In this document: piece by piece, positions 45,586 through 59,728 of the stretch
How the letters are laid out: every line of letters begins with the position of its first letter
Numbering within the stretch: the first letter of the stretch is position 1
Origin: Oopsacas minuta
Taxonomy: Eukaryota; Animalia; Porifera
Direction of reading: 5' to 3'
DNA length: 64,000 nt
Assembly: GCA_024704765.1 (NCBI GenBank)
Contig: JAKMXF010000311.1
Span: forward strand, 62,001-126,000
Made by a program: the position numbers and the translations under genes
The notes under the pieces: model-generated
What the model saw: only the letters and a program-made list of their open reading frames with translations
What the model was told of the DNA's origin: nothing
The model's database searches: none

Positions 45586-48500
45586 CTAAACAATTCATGT
45601 TGATAATTAGAGATAACTTACTCTAGAGATAACTTTCCTACACAGAGATGGAATTTTGAATCGTCTTGAACTAAAATCGATAAATGTTTAAAACTTAGGG
45701 TTAAGAGGTACAAAATTAAAATAGACAAGTATTATTTGTGATTTTCAGACAAAGGACAACTCAAAACCTTACGCCAGCGATTCGACCCCCTCTCATAGAC
45801 TGCAATAGATCCTGCTGACCTACGGCTGGGAACCGCATAAAGTCAGGACTTAATCATTTGAAAAGTGCGGGAGGTAACCTAATGCTTGTGGTAATCTATC
45901 TAGAATTCTGTTTCATATAAATTATCGTTGGGTGCAATCAACAGATACTATAACTCATAATGAAGGCAGTATTTGGTATAACCAATGCTGACTGCTGTAT
46001 ATGCTAGCGTAACCACAATAATACTAAATTGAATTAAATAAGTTTGGCATCCTCGGATGTTAAAGATAGAAGAAACCCACTACTGGGATATAATGTATTG
46101 TGTGGGGTAATTATGATGTCACTAAGAAACTCATGGAATATATAGCATAATAGATACTAAATGGATTCCTAAAGATTACAGAATATGTTACTTTGGATTC
46201 TGGCTAGAAGGAAGATAAATTTAATGACTGATAGACTAATGGAGATTACATTCGGCAAAGATTGGCGATATAGTGTTACTGACGATTTGCTAATTGAGAG
46301 ACAATAATTGCCTAAATAAGGATACTTTTAATTTTCCAGTCACAACGGAATCATGCTGCTTGGAAAATACACCCCATTTTCATACAGAATTTGGGAAGTA
46401 ATACGTACTACAGCCGAATCTCGTTAATACGAGCACGTTCAATACGAATTTCAGGATAAGACGAACAAATATTTACGAAAAATCAGGTCCCTAAAATGGT
46501 TATTCAATTGGAATTAATCTGGTTAATATGAACTCTGGATAAAGGGAACAAATTATAACCGTCAGTTGGTGTTTGTATTAACCAGTTTCCACTGTATTAG
46601 TATTCTCAAAATGAGTATACTACTAGCAAAAAGTAAATATCTGGGGCAAAGGTTGAATTTGAATAAATTAATTTGTGACAGACTGAACTGACTACTTCCT
46701 TAGTTAATGATGCATTTTAGTTTCCTAGTAATTGACAAAATATATAATTAACAAAAGAAGTTATGGAGAAAGTTCTAGTTTGCATAAGGATTAGTTCCTG
46801 AATATACAAAAAGCACTGGAGAGTTGAAAATTGTTGCTAAATGATAAATCAATTAAAGCAAATTATTGCAACTAATGCGTCAAACATTATCTTAGATTAC
46901 CACGTACTAAATAACAGAATATTTTGTGGCCTCCACATTCACATGGCATGATTCTCATATCACAACAGAATTCAATTCAAATGTAACAAAATAGATCTTT
47001 TGTAAATGCAACATGAAATGATGTCACAGGAATCCAAGCATTAATTAAGTTAGTAGCAGTCAGATCAAGCAGCAAAATTTGAACACGTGTAGCATATAGG
47101 AGACTCAATATCCATCAGTGTTATTAAATCTTGACCTTAATATCTCATTGGGTGGATAATTAATGCAATGATTTATGAGTATGATATTATACGTAAGCAT
47201 TAGTGGAATAAAGTCTATTGAATATAAGAGAAAAATTGTAAAATGGGTCTACGTATCACATGCAATAGGATTCCAATAAATGTGAGAATATTGAATATTC
47301 GCTAACATGTACCTGGGTCAGAGTTTCACGCGGGTCGGCCCACTGACATATCGGGAAGTACTCCCATTATGATACACAGTAAGCACTACTCCGCAATCTC
47401 AGGTTACTGTTCTGAATTGTCAGGATTGGCTCGTAAAATAATGCAAGTAAGACATTCCAAAGAATATAAGGTGGGTTGAAATATGAATATTTCACTATGA
47501 GTAATACTTTTTAGAATTATTATAAGACGAGTTTGAACACAGTATTTATTGTAAAAAGTGTAAACCTGTATCCAGCTAATAATTAGAATAGAAATGGTAT
47601 CGTCAGACAGATTATAATTAAATATTTGATTGAAATAGAAACATTAAGGTGGAGTGTTTGATAACATCATTCTGTGTATTAGATTAGGACAGGTAGAAAG
47701 GATACATAAAAATATCTAAATGAACACAATTAGATCAACTAATGAAAGAAAATTGATGTCATAGGAAGCGGAGAGATTGGTACATGATTTGCTGACCTTT
47801 GTGAACTATTGAGTATGTAATTGAATAGGAAATTTAACTCAAATAACATTAATGAATATACAAAATGATAAATATTATCACAAATGAATATAAGTAAATA
47901 TTGGAATATTCAATAAACGTAGTATTCAATACAAAATATTTAAGCATGATCTTCGAATAAATGTTATGCCAAGAATATAATCACAAATATGAAAGGAAAA
48001 CTATAACAGCAAAACAGTTGATTTGGAAACTGTGTTAGCTAAAAAATATTTTGCGATACCATTGCAAAATTGTATAATAAAACATAATATTGCAAGAATG
48101 GAGATAAGGTATTGCAAATTAATCATTTTGTTTCGGAGAACACAATTAATTGTAGATCTAAGATGACTTAGGAATTTTTATTTAGAGTAAAAACTATATT
48201 TTCACAATTGTATGCATTACATTACATCTTGCCAGTGAAATATAACTATAATCCTTCTATATGATGAACTTTTCATGATTAGTATTCAGAATCGATTTTC
48301 GGGGAGAAATTAACAACAGATTCGAAATAATCATCAAAATGTATTGGATGGCGTTGTGGAAGGATTTGCAGCTGGAAAATAAAGTATACAGTCAGTATAA
48401 ATATATATTACGTATGTGTAAAATAAGAATTTGTGAAAACATTTGCTGGAAATTAGAACAACATTTGGTTTTTGACAAATTCCTACTATGCAAACAAAAG

Positions 48501-48846
48501 TCTGATTTCAGTAGAATGATATTTCAACAACGAAGATAAACAAATATATGATGTAATTAATAAATAAATAAACAATTGTGAAACAGAAATATTAATCTAT
48601 GAAAATAATTCCTAAACATTCTCTGAATTCACAAAGAAAAGTGAAGAAAATCAGTACAAATTGTGGAAATAACTAAGCTGTGTGTAGGTTTAGCTCCAAT
48701 GCGAGATTACTATAGATAATTTATGAAACTTATCGTATAGAGTTAGTAAAGTGAATCTATTCCGAATTACTACAAAAAGTATAAATAGAGATTAAATTAA
48801 AAGAGAATTATAAGAGAAAAGTACAAATCTTAAACAACATACAGCA

Positions 48847-49728
48847 ATGTCTACAGTAATCAGAAATGAAAATGCAGTAAAATCGAGGAGATTTGCCCTC
48901 GATAAATATCGTCTTATTAAACAAATTGGTCAAGGCGGTTGTGGAAAAGTATATCTCGCAAAGAACATTGTAAATTCTGAACAATGTGCAATCAAGAGAA
49001 TTTGTACACAAACAGCAATAGCCAATAAATATCTCGCAGATGAGATCAGCACCATGAAAGCAGTTAAACACATACCAGGTGTTGTTCGATACATTGACAG
49101 CTTCAAGAAACAAGAAACTACAAACATTGTCATGGAGCATATCAATGGATGGAATTTACAGAGCATTGTAGAGAATTTGGAATTGGAAGAAAGAGTAATA
49201 GCAACTCTCTGTAAAAGTATCTTGAAATCTCTACAACAAGTACATGAACTTCAAATCATACACAGAGACATTAAATGCGGTAACATAATGCTCACAAATG
49301 ATGGAGAAACTAAACTGATTGATTTCGGGTATGCAACTTACTGTCCTGAAGGTGGGCACGTGAGAAGTGGTAAGATAGGATCCATGTTCTGGATGGCTCC
49401 AGAAATTTCACAGAGAAAACCTTACAACGAGAAATCAGACATTTGGAGCTTCGGAATTATGGTCATGGAAATGTTTCTTGGAGATCCTCCCTACTATTCA
49501 ACTGATGAAACCAATGAATTCATCGTAAATCGACTGGCACAAGGTGACATACCCATAGTAGATTCAATGTCTAGTGAACTTCAAGAATTCGTACAGAGAT
49601 GTCTAGCAATATCCCCAGAAGACAGACCATCAGCTGAGGAACTTCTCAATGATAAATTCCTTGACTCTGCAATTCCCCTTACAGACGTATCTCACAGTGT
49701 AGCACAGAATGAAGATAGATTAAAATAA
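48847..49728 (+). CDS. STE20/PAK-like Ser/Thr kinase, kinase domain only, intronless (copy A)
   Basis: GQGGCG, CAIK, HRDIKCGN, DFG, GSMFWMAPE, KSDIWSFGIMVMEM..GDPPY; no CRIB domain in the ORF. Confidence 0.92.
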   Translation: MSTVIRNENAVKSRRFALDKYRLIKQIGQGGCGKVYLAKNIVNSEQCAIKRICTQTAIANKYLADEISTMKAVKHIPGVVRYIDSFKKQETTNIVMEHINGWNLQSIVENLELEERVIATLCKSILKSLQQVHELQIIHRDIKCGNIMLTNDGETKLIDFGYATYCPEGGHVRSGKIGSMFWMAPEISQRKPYNEKSDIWSFGIMVMEMFLGDPPYYSTDETNEFIVNRLAQGDIPIVDSMSSELQEFVQRCLAISPEDRPSAEELLNDKFLDSAIPLTDVSHSVAQNEDRLK

Positions 49729-50686
49729 AGATATTCTTATAATTTGATATTTAAACGATTAAAATTTATCGCTTTTACATTGACAAACAACAATCAATCA
49801 TAAATCTGAGTTCCTAAATTTTATCTTAGAACTACAAGATTCTGCCATACTATTAGACACATTTTGACAACGGCCCCCCCATTGCGAGAATATGTACAAA
49901 GTGAAAAATAATTATATAATCGAACATTGCTCAAAAGCTAGCAATAATATGTAGATACCATCAATGTACCATAAAATATAGTATCCAAAAATATTGTAAA
50001 CAAAAATAAATTCCATTGTATTTCTCATGTAATATTTCATATACTTTATCCCCATGAAGTAATATCCAATAAAAACCCATAATTATTACTACTATCAGCA
50101 ATGTATATTGACCTATGATTTCAGTTGACAACACTTATGGTACCATCGCAATCAATCGAACTTTGGTATTTACTATTAAGGCTTTGAGATTGCAAGAATT
50201 GCGTATTTGAAAAAACTACCTACACAACAACATTTGAGTTGATCCTACATGCAAAAAGTGAACAATAATTTGTGTGTAAAATGTCATTACATGGGTTATT
50301 TACGTAGATAAGCTTGATTTGATGGAATAATAAGATTAAATTACAGTCAAATGTACATAAATTTTCCTCAAAGCAGTTACGGACATGATATAGGAGAATT
50401 TGCATAGTTAATATTCCCATTAAATTCAGTATTTTTTCTCATTAAGATTGTGATCTCCCAGAACAAATAGTACTTTAATAACTGTCAAAGAGGCATCAAA
50501 TCAATTAAAGTTCGTGTTTTAGTGATAATTTTAAGCCATACTACAAAACGGAAGTAAATTGGCCCAGGAGCTGGTATAATCATACAATTATGGTAACAGT
50601 ACTAAACTTTTGTCTGTGTAATACTCGTAGGGTGATTCCCTCTAGTGTGCAATATGGCTAGTCAGGTTGAATCACACGGAAACATC

Positions 50687-50711
50687 ATGTATGTATGTAT
50701 GTATGTATGTA
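50687..50711. repeat. (TATG)n microsatellite
   Basis: catgtatgtatgtatgtatgtatgt. Confidence 0.85.
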
Positions 50712-53700
50712 AACTTAGGGTACAGTAGAATTAACCGCTTGTGTCTACAAAGTAGTAATCCCTTAAAAGAACTAATGTATGTATAACGAAGAGAACTTTA
50801 GCAAAATTCCCATGATATAATGCCATATTTACCATCAAAATACAAAGTTTCAATGGTCATCGATCAAATGAAATAATCTCAAGTAATTTACCAAAATCAA
50901 TAAACTTCTCATATAAGCTAGTACAATTTTATTGAACGTTTAAAACATTTCCAATAAAATTACAAATGGATAAACAAATCCAGGAAGTGAACAGGGCCTT
51001 GAAATAAGTATATTCGATCCAAAAAAACTTTAGCTAGCAACCAAATATTTTCAAAAAGTATGTTCTCCGACCTGATCTGTATCCAATCATTTACGTCAAT
51101 TAATCACTAATAAAATACTGTAAGAAATAATATGATATGTTTGGAAGAAAGCACTTTTCTAGATTATAAATTGCTTAGTGGAGTAATGATGAAATAATGC
51201 AACTTACTAATAGTTTACAATGTGTACAGCCCAGAAAACAAGAAATCAAGACAAGTCCATAGAATTTCTTCCATATATGGTCATTTTGTATTTAGCCGAC
51301 ACTATTATAATTACTAAAGTCAAATTTGATATGAGAATAGACTAGACTATGAAAAAGATACTTCTCTTGTACTCTAGCCAGTTTATACACCTTGTAGTTG
51401 AAATACATTGAGTAAATGGTGAAATAATGACAATATTAGTGCTGTAGCCAAATCAGATGCGGGCTTGGCTGAAACATGTTTCTAACTAACAGTGGCCGAA
51501 TCGGGAATAATAAAGCTAAATAAATGAACATAATATAAGTATACATGACGTTAAATGAGGTTAATTTCCATTACATTAGTTCTTAGTTCAAAATGATCTT
51601 GGAATATCAATGTTAGGATCGTATTTACCACTAGAGCAAATGTATATTATGTATTCAGCTACCTACGCACAGGTATAAAAGATGTTTGTGCTAAATAGTA
51701 TGTATAATAGTGAAACGAGGAAGCCATAAGTTTGAATTCTCATATACATTCACTTAGTATGGTATCTATACGCATTCAGAGATCAGAAGAATGTTATCTT
51801 GCACACATGTGCAAAATACACACACCACACAATTACGTTAACCCAACTATTCTAATGGAGAGCGAATCAAAACATTACAAAACAAGCATGTAAGGCTTAC
51901 ATGCACAAATACCATGGTTTTGAAACATATTATTTACTGGACAACATGGACGTAGAGTACACCCTGCACAGGTAGAGCTCATAGATGCGACATCACAGGG
52001 AATCTTCGCTTATGTCAGATTTTAGAGGTTGTCGCATTTAATACAATGAAATAATCATGTATTATTCATTATGTATAGATTGTATACATATTGATTGACT
52101 AGCTTACTGAATTGAAAAACATAAATAAATTTGTTAAATCAATAGAGATTCTGTGTAAATTTGTCTCTGTATTGTTGATCACTTCCTTTATACGTAATTA
52201 TGTTAGTAAGTCATAATCTGAGCTATACAGTATGCATTGTAATCAATGGAAGGTGTCTGCATAATATAATGGAATAGTTCAAAACAGAACACTTGAAAAG
52301 CCAGTTAGTATCTACTATAAAACAATACAATTCACAAACCCAAATTTTTATTAAGCAGTAAGCACAAGCAGAAATGGCTTTACTATTAAATCTCATTGGT
52401 TAATAAATCCCGCGTATCAAGAAACCAAAATGCAAAGATTACATTTACTATAAGAATGGAATCTCAAAAAATTGAGACTAAGAATAATATACTCTGAGAA
52501 TAATCAGTAAAGAAACGAGAGCTTTTTAACAAAGCTATTCAATACAATTATATTCTAAGAGCCGAATGTGCAAATAAATGAGAACAAATTAGATAAGAAA
52601 TTCCAATACATTAACGTACAAATTTCAAGGTAAGTAAATATAAGAGTATAAGCAACTGACTTAAATATTTCAAATATAATAAAAGTGAAAACAGAGCAGA
52701 ATCGGATTGAATGAGAGTACAAATGTGTGACCAAGACAAAAATCATAATTATGATATATTAATTATACTTAGCGCAATTAGAATTAAACCTAAATTTAGA
52801 TTCAAACTAACATAAATGTGTACAAAAACATAAATTGCTAAACATAGAACAAATAATAGACTACGAAAATAATAATGTTTGAAAATTGTGCAAAAGAAGA
52901 CAAAGTACACATTGAAAGTGATAAGCTATATTATAGGTTGTTTAAATGTATATTCCGGTACGTAGTATAAATTAGATACAGGGCTAAGTAAACATATTGT
53001 GCGAAGAACAAAGCACAAATTACTTATTTTTAGTGGCATTCTTCATACCAAATATAGTTTCAAATAAAACAAGATTTTTTAAGGCAATTGTTCTACGTTA
53101 ATAGTTGTTATTTCTAGCGTCCGGAAAAGGGTAACTACGTGATTACTTCTTACATACGTAGATACACGTGAAGACAATTTCACCAGACAACTGCATTGAG
53201 TAGCAGAATCAATGATTAATCTCCTAGCTTTACTTTCGTAAATATTTGATTACTGGCATTGTCAATTGTATATTGTGGTTGTGCCAATTGTGATTTATTT
53301 GGAAAATTGTCTGTGCTAATTTTATCTTAAACTTAGAATGAACAGAAAGGTATGTGGTATATAAAACTCGAAGGTTATGACATTTATATGTGATTGCATC
53401 GATATATTACACGAAGGATAAGAACATTTAAATAATAAAGGGTGTATTAGATCTGAACGATAGCTAGTTTGGTAGAAATTATTTTTTATTCCTAGTATTG
53501 GGTAATTAATAATGCAAATGAAAAAGGATTAACAAATGGAGCTTCGAAATCAAAATCAAGAAAACAGTAATTTTCGATGCATTCCAAGCTTTACAACCAA
53601 ACCCGACCTCATTTTCATTAAGAAGTACAAAATGCGATTATATTATTGGATTGCTGCTATTCTAGATTCTTTTCCGAACTAAAAATCTTCTGTATATTGG

Positions 53701-55844
53701 TAGTGCCAAAAGTTATATCCAATGGCTCAATTTTTAATATAGGGTAATTAATAATAAACACAGGGAATATCCAGGCTAATGCAGTGCGGTTATAGGGTTA
53801 ATGACTCTCACAAATTTATAATTAGACAAGCGGCAATTCGAGCAAGAGTCCTGTTTCGTAATGCTCTATGTATAGTATAGACACGCAAAAATATGAAAAC
53901 ATCATTTTAAGCTATTGGCTCAGAGAAGCTAATGAAAATTGAATTAATCTTATTAAAGTATCAGTAGTATCATAATTATATAATCAAATTTACATACAAA
54001 ATAGAAATTATCGTGTGAGAATTGGGAATATTAATAATTAATAGTAAAGTATTTTACAAATATGCGATATACTGAATAATGAAAACAGAACAAGAACTAA
54101 CAAATTAGGATTAAAAGTTATAGTCCGATGCATAGTGTAAATAGAAAACAATTATAATCTAATAATAACGGACCAGTGAGCAAAAATTGAAAATGTAAAT
54201 TTCATCGTATGGACGAGTAAAATACTGCTTCCATGTTTACTAATGCAAAACTATATTAAGTCGAATTATTGTCTTGAAAGCAGGGCAAAGATGAAAATTT
54301 GTGGTTCGTGACAGGTTCCTGATAATTCAGCTAAAATCATTAAACACAGCCTGGTGGTGAGGCTAGTTTGTAGAATTCCTTACGAAAAGTAATTGATTAA
54401 AGTACAGGTTTGTGTAATTGTATTATAAAACCGTATATGATATAAATCAGCAGGCAAAAATTACGAAAACAAGAATAATCAGAAAGGAGTAAATCTCGTC
54501 TAAACTACGCAAAACCAAATATATCCAAATTTGGCAACACAATTAAATCAAATATAATCTGTATACAGAAACAGGTAGTAATCGTCTGATTTTTTAAGCT
54601 CTTTCGGCGAAGAAATTTCGTTGTACAGAAAAAATGCCAGCGGACAGGCAGGAAATGTAGCAGAATGCAGAACAAGAATAGCTTAGTAGATAGTGGATAC
54701 TTTGTAAAGAATGGCTGTTCAAGTGGAAAAAATATTATAGATTTTGAAAGAATGTTCTAAATTTAGATATACAGATAAAATCGGGGGTTTTGTTAATTTC
54801 TTTACAAGAGGAATGAAAAATGTGAAAGACAAATAATCCGAAGGTATTTACAGCCAAAAGCCTTTTCTTTCAATGTATACGTATTTTCGAATAATTATTT
54901 AGACGCACTCGAGTTTTTGAAGACCAATGTCGTGGAACCAAATATACTTAAAGGAATAATATTTCTGTTTAAAACATAATTCCGCTTATAACTAAACCAA
55001 ACTGGGAGACTTCGTTTGAACGTGAGTTTACTGAATAATAATTACTACAGATATGGAGTACATATGTATATCTCTCAATACAAGCGGACATATAACTGTA
55101 ATTAGAAAGACCTTTCTACCTATTTAAATATTCACTAAGATAGTTTATCTACACCAATTTAGGAGCAATTGTATTTCATGTGTCCAGAGGAATACTTGGC
55201 CAAACATATGTATCATGACGGTAACTTGATGAAACTATAAGTAGAATAGTATTGAAAGGTACTCGTAAAATTTCCAGGGGTAGTGTGATGTATTAGCTTT
55301 GTATGGGTATTAATTCGAATGAAAGAAGCCGAGGTCAACAATTCTATAAACGATATGTAGTAGAAAAATTTCAACATTATTCGGAAGTGAAACGCCTGTC
55401 AAATTTGTGGATTAATCAAATGAAAATCAAAATTGTAATGGATAAATGTGTTCAAATTAGAAGAAGAAATTTGTAACTAAATATGGCATTGTCTGTTCCT
55501 GGAAATTATCCAATGCAATAACAAGCAATGTAAGATTATAGTTACGAGAACTATAAGAAATTATGTATTCCTACTCGAACCTGACAAGATTATACAATAC
55601 AAATAGGTTACTATAGATGACCTCAGGTCAATTAAAGGATAAACAATATTCAGATTTGTTACACCAGAAGTATAGAAAAGTTCTCATTGGCGCAATGAAA
55701 AATTTTCACATGGTCGAAGGCTCGAAGCACAATTCGGATCACCGAGTAGGTTGCTTTGTTTGATACAATTATTGGTTATTAATATTAAAAGATTGTTGTT
55801 TGATTTGTTTAATAAAATATATCATTCATATAACAAGTAATTTT

Positions 55845-56723
55845 TTATTTTAATCTATCTTCATTCTGTGCTACACTGTGAGATACGTATGCAAGGGGAA
55901 TTGCATAGTCAAGGAATTTATCATTGAGAAGTTCCTCAGCTGATGGTCTGTCTTCTGGGGATATTGCTAGACATCTCTGTACGAATTCTTGAAGGTCACT
56001 AGACATTGAATCTACTATGGGTACGTCACCTTGTGCCAGTCGATTTACAATGAATTCATTGGTTTTATCAGTTGAATAGTAGGGAGGATCTCCAAGAAAC
56101 ATTTCCATGACCATAATTCCGAAGCTCCAAATGTCTGATTTCTCGTTGTAAGGTTTTCTCTGTGAAATTTCTGGAGCCATCCAGAACATGGATCCTATCT
56201 TACCACTTCTCACGTGCCCACCTTCAGGACAGTAAGTTGCATACCCGAAATCAATCAGTTTAGTTTCTCCATCATTTGTGAGCATTATGTTACCGCATTT
56301 AATGTCTCTGTGTATGATTTGAAGTTCATGTACTTGTTGTAGAGATTTCAAGATACTTTTACAGAGAGTTGCTATTACTCTTTCTTCCAATTCCAAATTC
56401 TCTACAATGCTCTGTAAATTCCATCCATTGATATGCTCCATGACAATGCTTGTAGTTTCTTGTTTCTTGAAGCTGTCAATGTATCGAACAACACCTGGTA
56501 TGTGTTTAACTGCTTTCATGGTGCTGATCTCATCTGCGAGATATTTATTGGCTATTGCTGTTTGTGGACAAATTCTCTTGATTGCACATTGTTCAGAATT
56601 TACAATGTTCTTTGCGAGATATACTTTTCCACAACCGCCTTGACCAATTTGTTTAATAAGACGATATTTATCGAGGGCAAATCTTTTTGCTTGGTCACTA
56701 GTATTTTGAATTCGTGAATACAT
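55845..56723 (-). CDS. STE20/PAK-like Ser/Thr kinase, kinase domain only, intronless (copy B, inverted relative to copy A)
   Basis: Same motifs as copy A; ~99% nucleotide identity over ~840 bp; different N-terminal 13-14 codons. Confidence 0.92.
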   Translation of the reverse strand: MYSRIQNTSDQAKRFALDKYRLIKQIGQGGCGKVYLAKNIVNSEQCAIKRICPQTAIANKYLADEISTMKAVKHIPGVVRYIDSFKKQETTSIVMEHINGWNLQSIVENLELEERVIATLCKSILKSLQQVHELQIIHRDIKCGNIMLTNDGETKLIDFGYATYCPEGGHVRSGKIGSMFWMAPEISQRKPYNEKSDIWSFGIMVMEMFLGDPPYYSTDKTNEFIVNRLAQGDVPIVDSMSSDLQEFVQRCLAISPEDRPSAEELLNDKFLDYAIPLAYVSHSVAQNEDRLK

Positions 56724-57945
56724 TTTTAATGTGTTTATTGTAAGGTGTATTGTTACTGTATTATCAATACAAATTATCCATATTTATAGTTTTTAATAAA
56801 CTTTCACTTTATGTACAATTATGCAAATCTTTCAACAAATCAATTTTGTATATTTAATGAACGATAATTAATAGATTTCAGGTAGTTCTGTATCATGGTC
56901 TCAGGCTAGTATTTCAATAGAAAGTAAGCTAGGCAATTTTATACAAAGGAAATGTGACATTAGAGTGGAAGCTATGGGGGATGTGATGCTTTTTCAATTT
57001 CGTTCATTAATTTTCAAAGTTTACGATAAATATAGCCTAAAATTATCACAATTTTCTACTTTGTTGCTAATATTTATGATTATATTCCAAATTTGTAGCA
57101 TGACTTTGTTAAAATTTATATTTTTAGAAATACTGATATTGTTTAGGACATAAGAAAATGTGAAAATTGTGCATCACCAAAGATATAATAATATCGATTC
57201 GTATAAATTATTATTCATCTTTTATATACAATATTCGAAATAGAATATACTTAAATGACATGCTCGGAAAAATGCGAATATTTACATTACCAATGAGATC
57301 TTAGAAATGCAAGATTGGTTTCAAGACAAAGTTACAGCAGACAAAATGTTACATCACTTTGCTAGACGACAACTGAATCATGAAATGGTTACTTTAATAT
57401 ATGGGTATAAGATTGAGTTTAATAATTACTTATTCCAGCTGATACCTCACATAATAATGAGATAAATGGTAATGAACCGTCCGCCTGCATGCATGTTCAG
57501 GTGGCTCAAATATGGAGCTCAAACAGTTTCTCAATAACAGCGGCCTAATGTAGGACTTTCCCAACATACTTCAATTCAACTTTAGATATTGGACAAAATA
57601 TAAATAATTGATATGCTCTAATCTGTGATAATTGTGAGTAAAGAACTGAAAGTCCAACGGATAAATTATATATTTATTAACTTGGATCTTTTACCAATAA
57701 AAAGCCATACAATTGAAATTTTGTATACTAAAGTGTGATTCTATAAAAGTTACTGTTAAATAATTAACCTTAATATTATGGAATTGATAAACTCAAATTT
57801 CTGATTATTTGACCTTAGAATTGAGCAGCTTACATAATATTAATTAATTAATAATAGACAACAAAAATGCAATTAATCTCTAATAATGTGGGTAGAAATT
57901 TGGTTTTATCAATATCTAAATAGGTGATTAGTGTTATACAAATAA

Positions 57946-58409
57946 CGAGTCTTGGCTCGCTGCTTCGCGATGAACTCGGCGCATTGCGCCTCGAGGTATC
58001 CATTATTCTCCAAATTGACGACCCCTTTGAGTATTATGATATAGATACATTTAGATGTAATTCACAAATATACGTATATGGCATATATATTATTGAATTA
58101 TTTTGTAAGATAAACCCCCCTTGTAGCCGTTGAGAGCAAGTATCCATGTAAATTTTGAGATTTTGCTAATTTGTTTACTTTATATTCATAAAAACAACAA
58201 TAAATTTACATAAGAAACACTCAAAAATGCGAAATGGGTAGCCGTCCCCTGGGTAGCCGTTTAGAGCAAGCCTGTACGTATATTTAGAGATTTGGATAAT
58301 TTGTTTACTTTATATTCATAAAAACAACAACTGTTAGTTTGTCCTTGTCAACGGACAAACAAACAGACAAACAGACAAACAGACAACAATTGAGATTTAA
58401 TAATATAGA
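57946..58409 (-). mobile_element. Non-autonomous Helitron-like element, copy 2
   Basis: Minus strand A|TCTATATTATTAAAT, a (TGTCTGTT)n tract, an internal ~75-bp duplication (~58123 and ~58253), TCGAGGCGCAATGCGCCGAGT and a 3' end GACTCG|T, matching the termini of 1056-1579. Confidence 0.6.
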
Positions 58410-59728
58410 TTTGATGGGGTGTAGATCAACTTTCCTAATTAACTATAATAACAGAGGGGTAAATAACAGGATTTCGTAAGGGGTGGGGACAAAACATATC
58501 TCGATCATCATGGGATAATAGAAAGTATGTATAATTGTGCATTCAACACTCTTAGTGGAATTAGAGAAATGGTATATTTGGGAAAACACATCTCTAATAT
58601 TGTTTAATATACTTGTACAATATTTTCATAAATTAACAAAACAACTCTTCAATATTAAATATTTTCTGGCAAAATTTTGCTAGGGTATAACGTGCCCCAC
58701 TTTGAACTGCCAATAAACATACATTATGTCATTAGCAAGGGTCTTAAAAGCCATATTATATTTGAGTTTGTTCAAAACGGGAATTCCGATCTTTTGTCTA
58801 AGTACAGTCGAAATGTTATTTTGGGCCCCAATTGGACGAGAGAATAGGCAAAAAAACCCGATTCAATCACAAATCCATCACATGCATTGAGACTATTTAT
58901 TAATTAAAGATTTTGCTTCAAATCACATTAGCTAAATTTGGTTAGAAGTATTAACCTTTGACCAATCTCTATACATAAATTAGATAGATATATTCATTAC
59001 AGAATGATATGTCTAGTTGTTGAAATCTAGTTCAATTCAAATTGTAATTGAAATACGAACTATAAGTCGACACATACGTATGTATGTACACCATAAGGCC
59101 ATGTATAGTAAATTCTTGTTTCTTACCTATGATTTGCTATGAAATAGGATATAGACAATAGAGTAAATAACAACTAGGTTATTTGATTATCTGTCTTTTG
59201 TCTTCATTACTCGTGGAAAGAAATGGACAAAAAATAATTTCACTATAATCATGATACTTTTGTATAAATCGTATTTTTAAAGAACTTCAATTATACACGA
59301 AACTATATCGTATAGTATTATGTAAACAGTGTTTACATAATACTATACAACACGGATATTAAAAAGTTCAGGAAATACATTTGTATCAAACTTTGAGTAA
59401 ATAATTATAGGGTATAATTATGTCAGATCACAAGCTTCTATCGTAAGCATACTGGTAGAGTTCAACAATGATTGGTGATAATAAATCAGTCCATTACCAC
59501 ATCCCACGACAATATACTGAAGATTAATTTGGTGTGAGACTAATTGAATTATATTTACAAAGAAATATAAGAATATAGTTCAGTGATAGCGATGATCTTC
59601 TTTCAATGATCCCACGCATCACAAGCATAATATGACCTTATAGCTAAACTCCTGTATAATGAATGATAGACATAAAACTAAAACTACAAGGAATAACATA
59701 AATGGGTAAAGTATATATTATTTATGAA

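Noticed and set aside
48808-49166. Antisense ORFs conserved in both kinase copies (also 56407..56717)
   Set aside because: Conservation is a trivial result of the ~99% identity of the sense genes.
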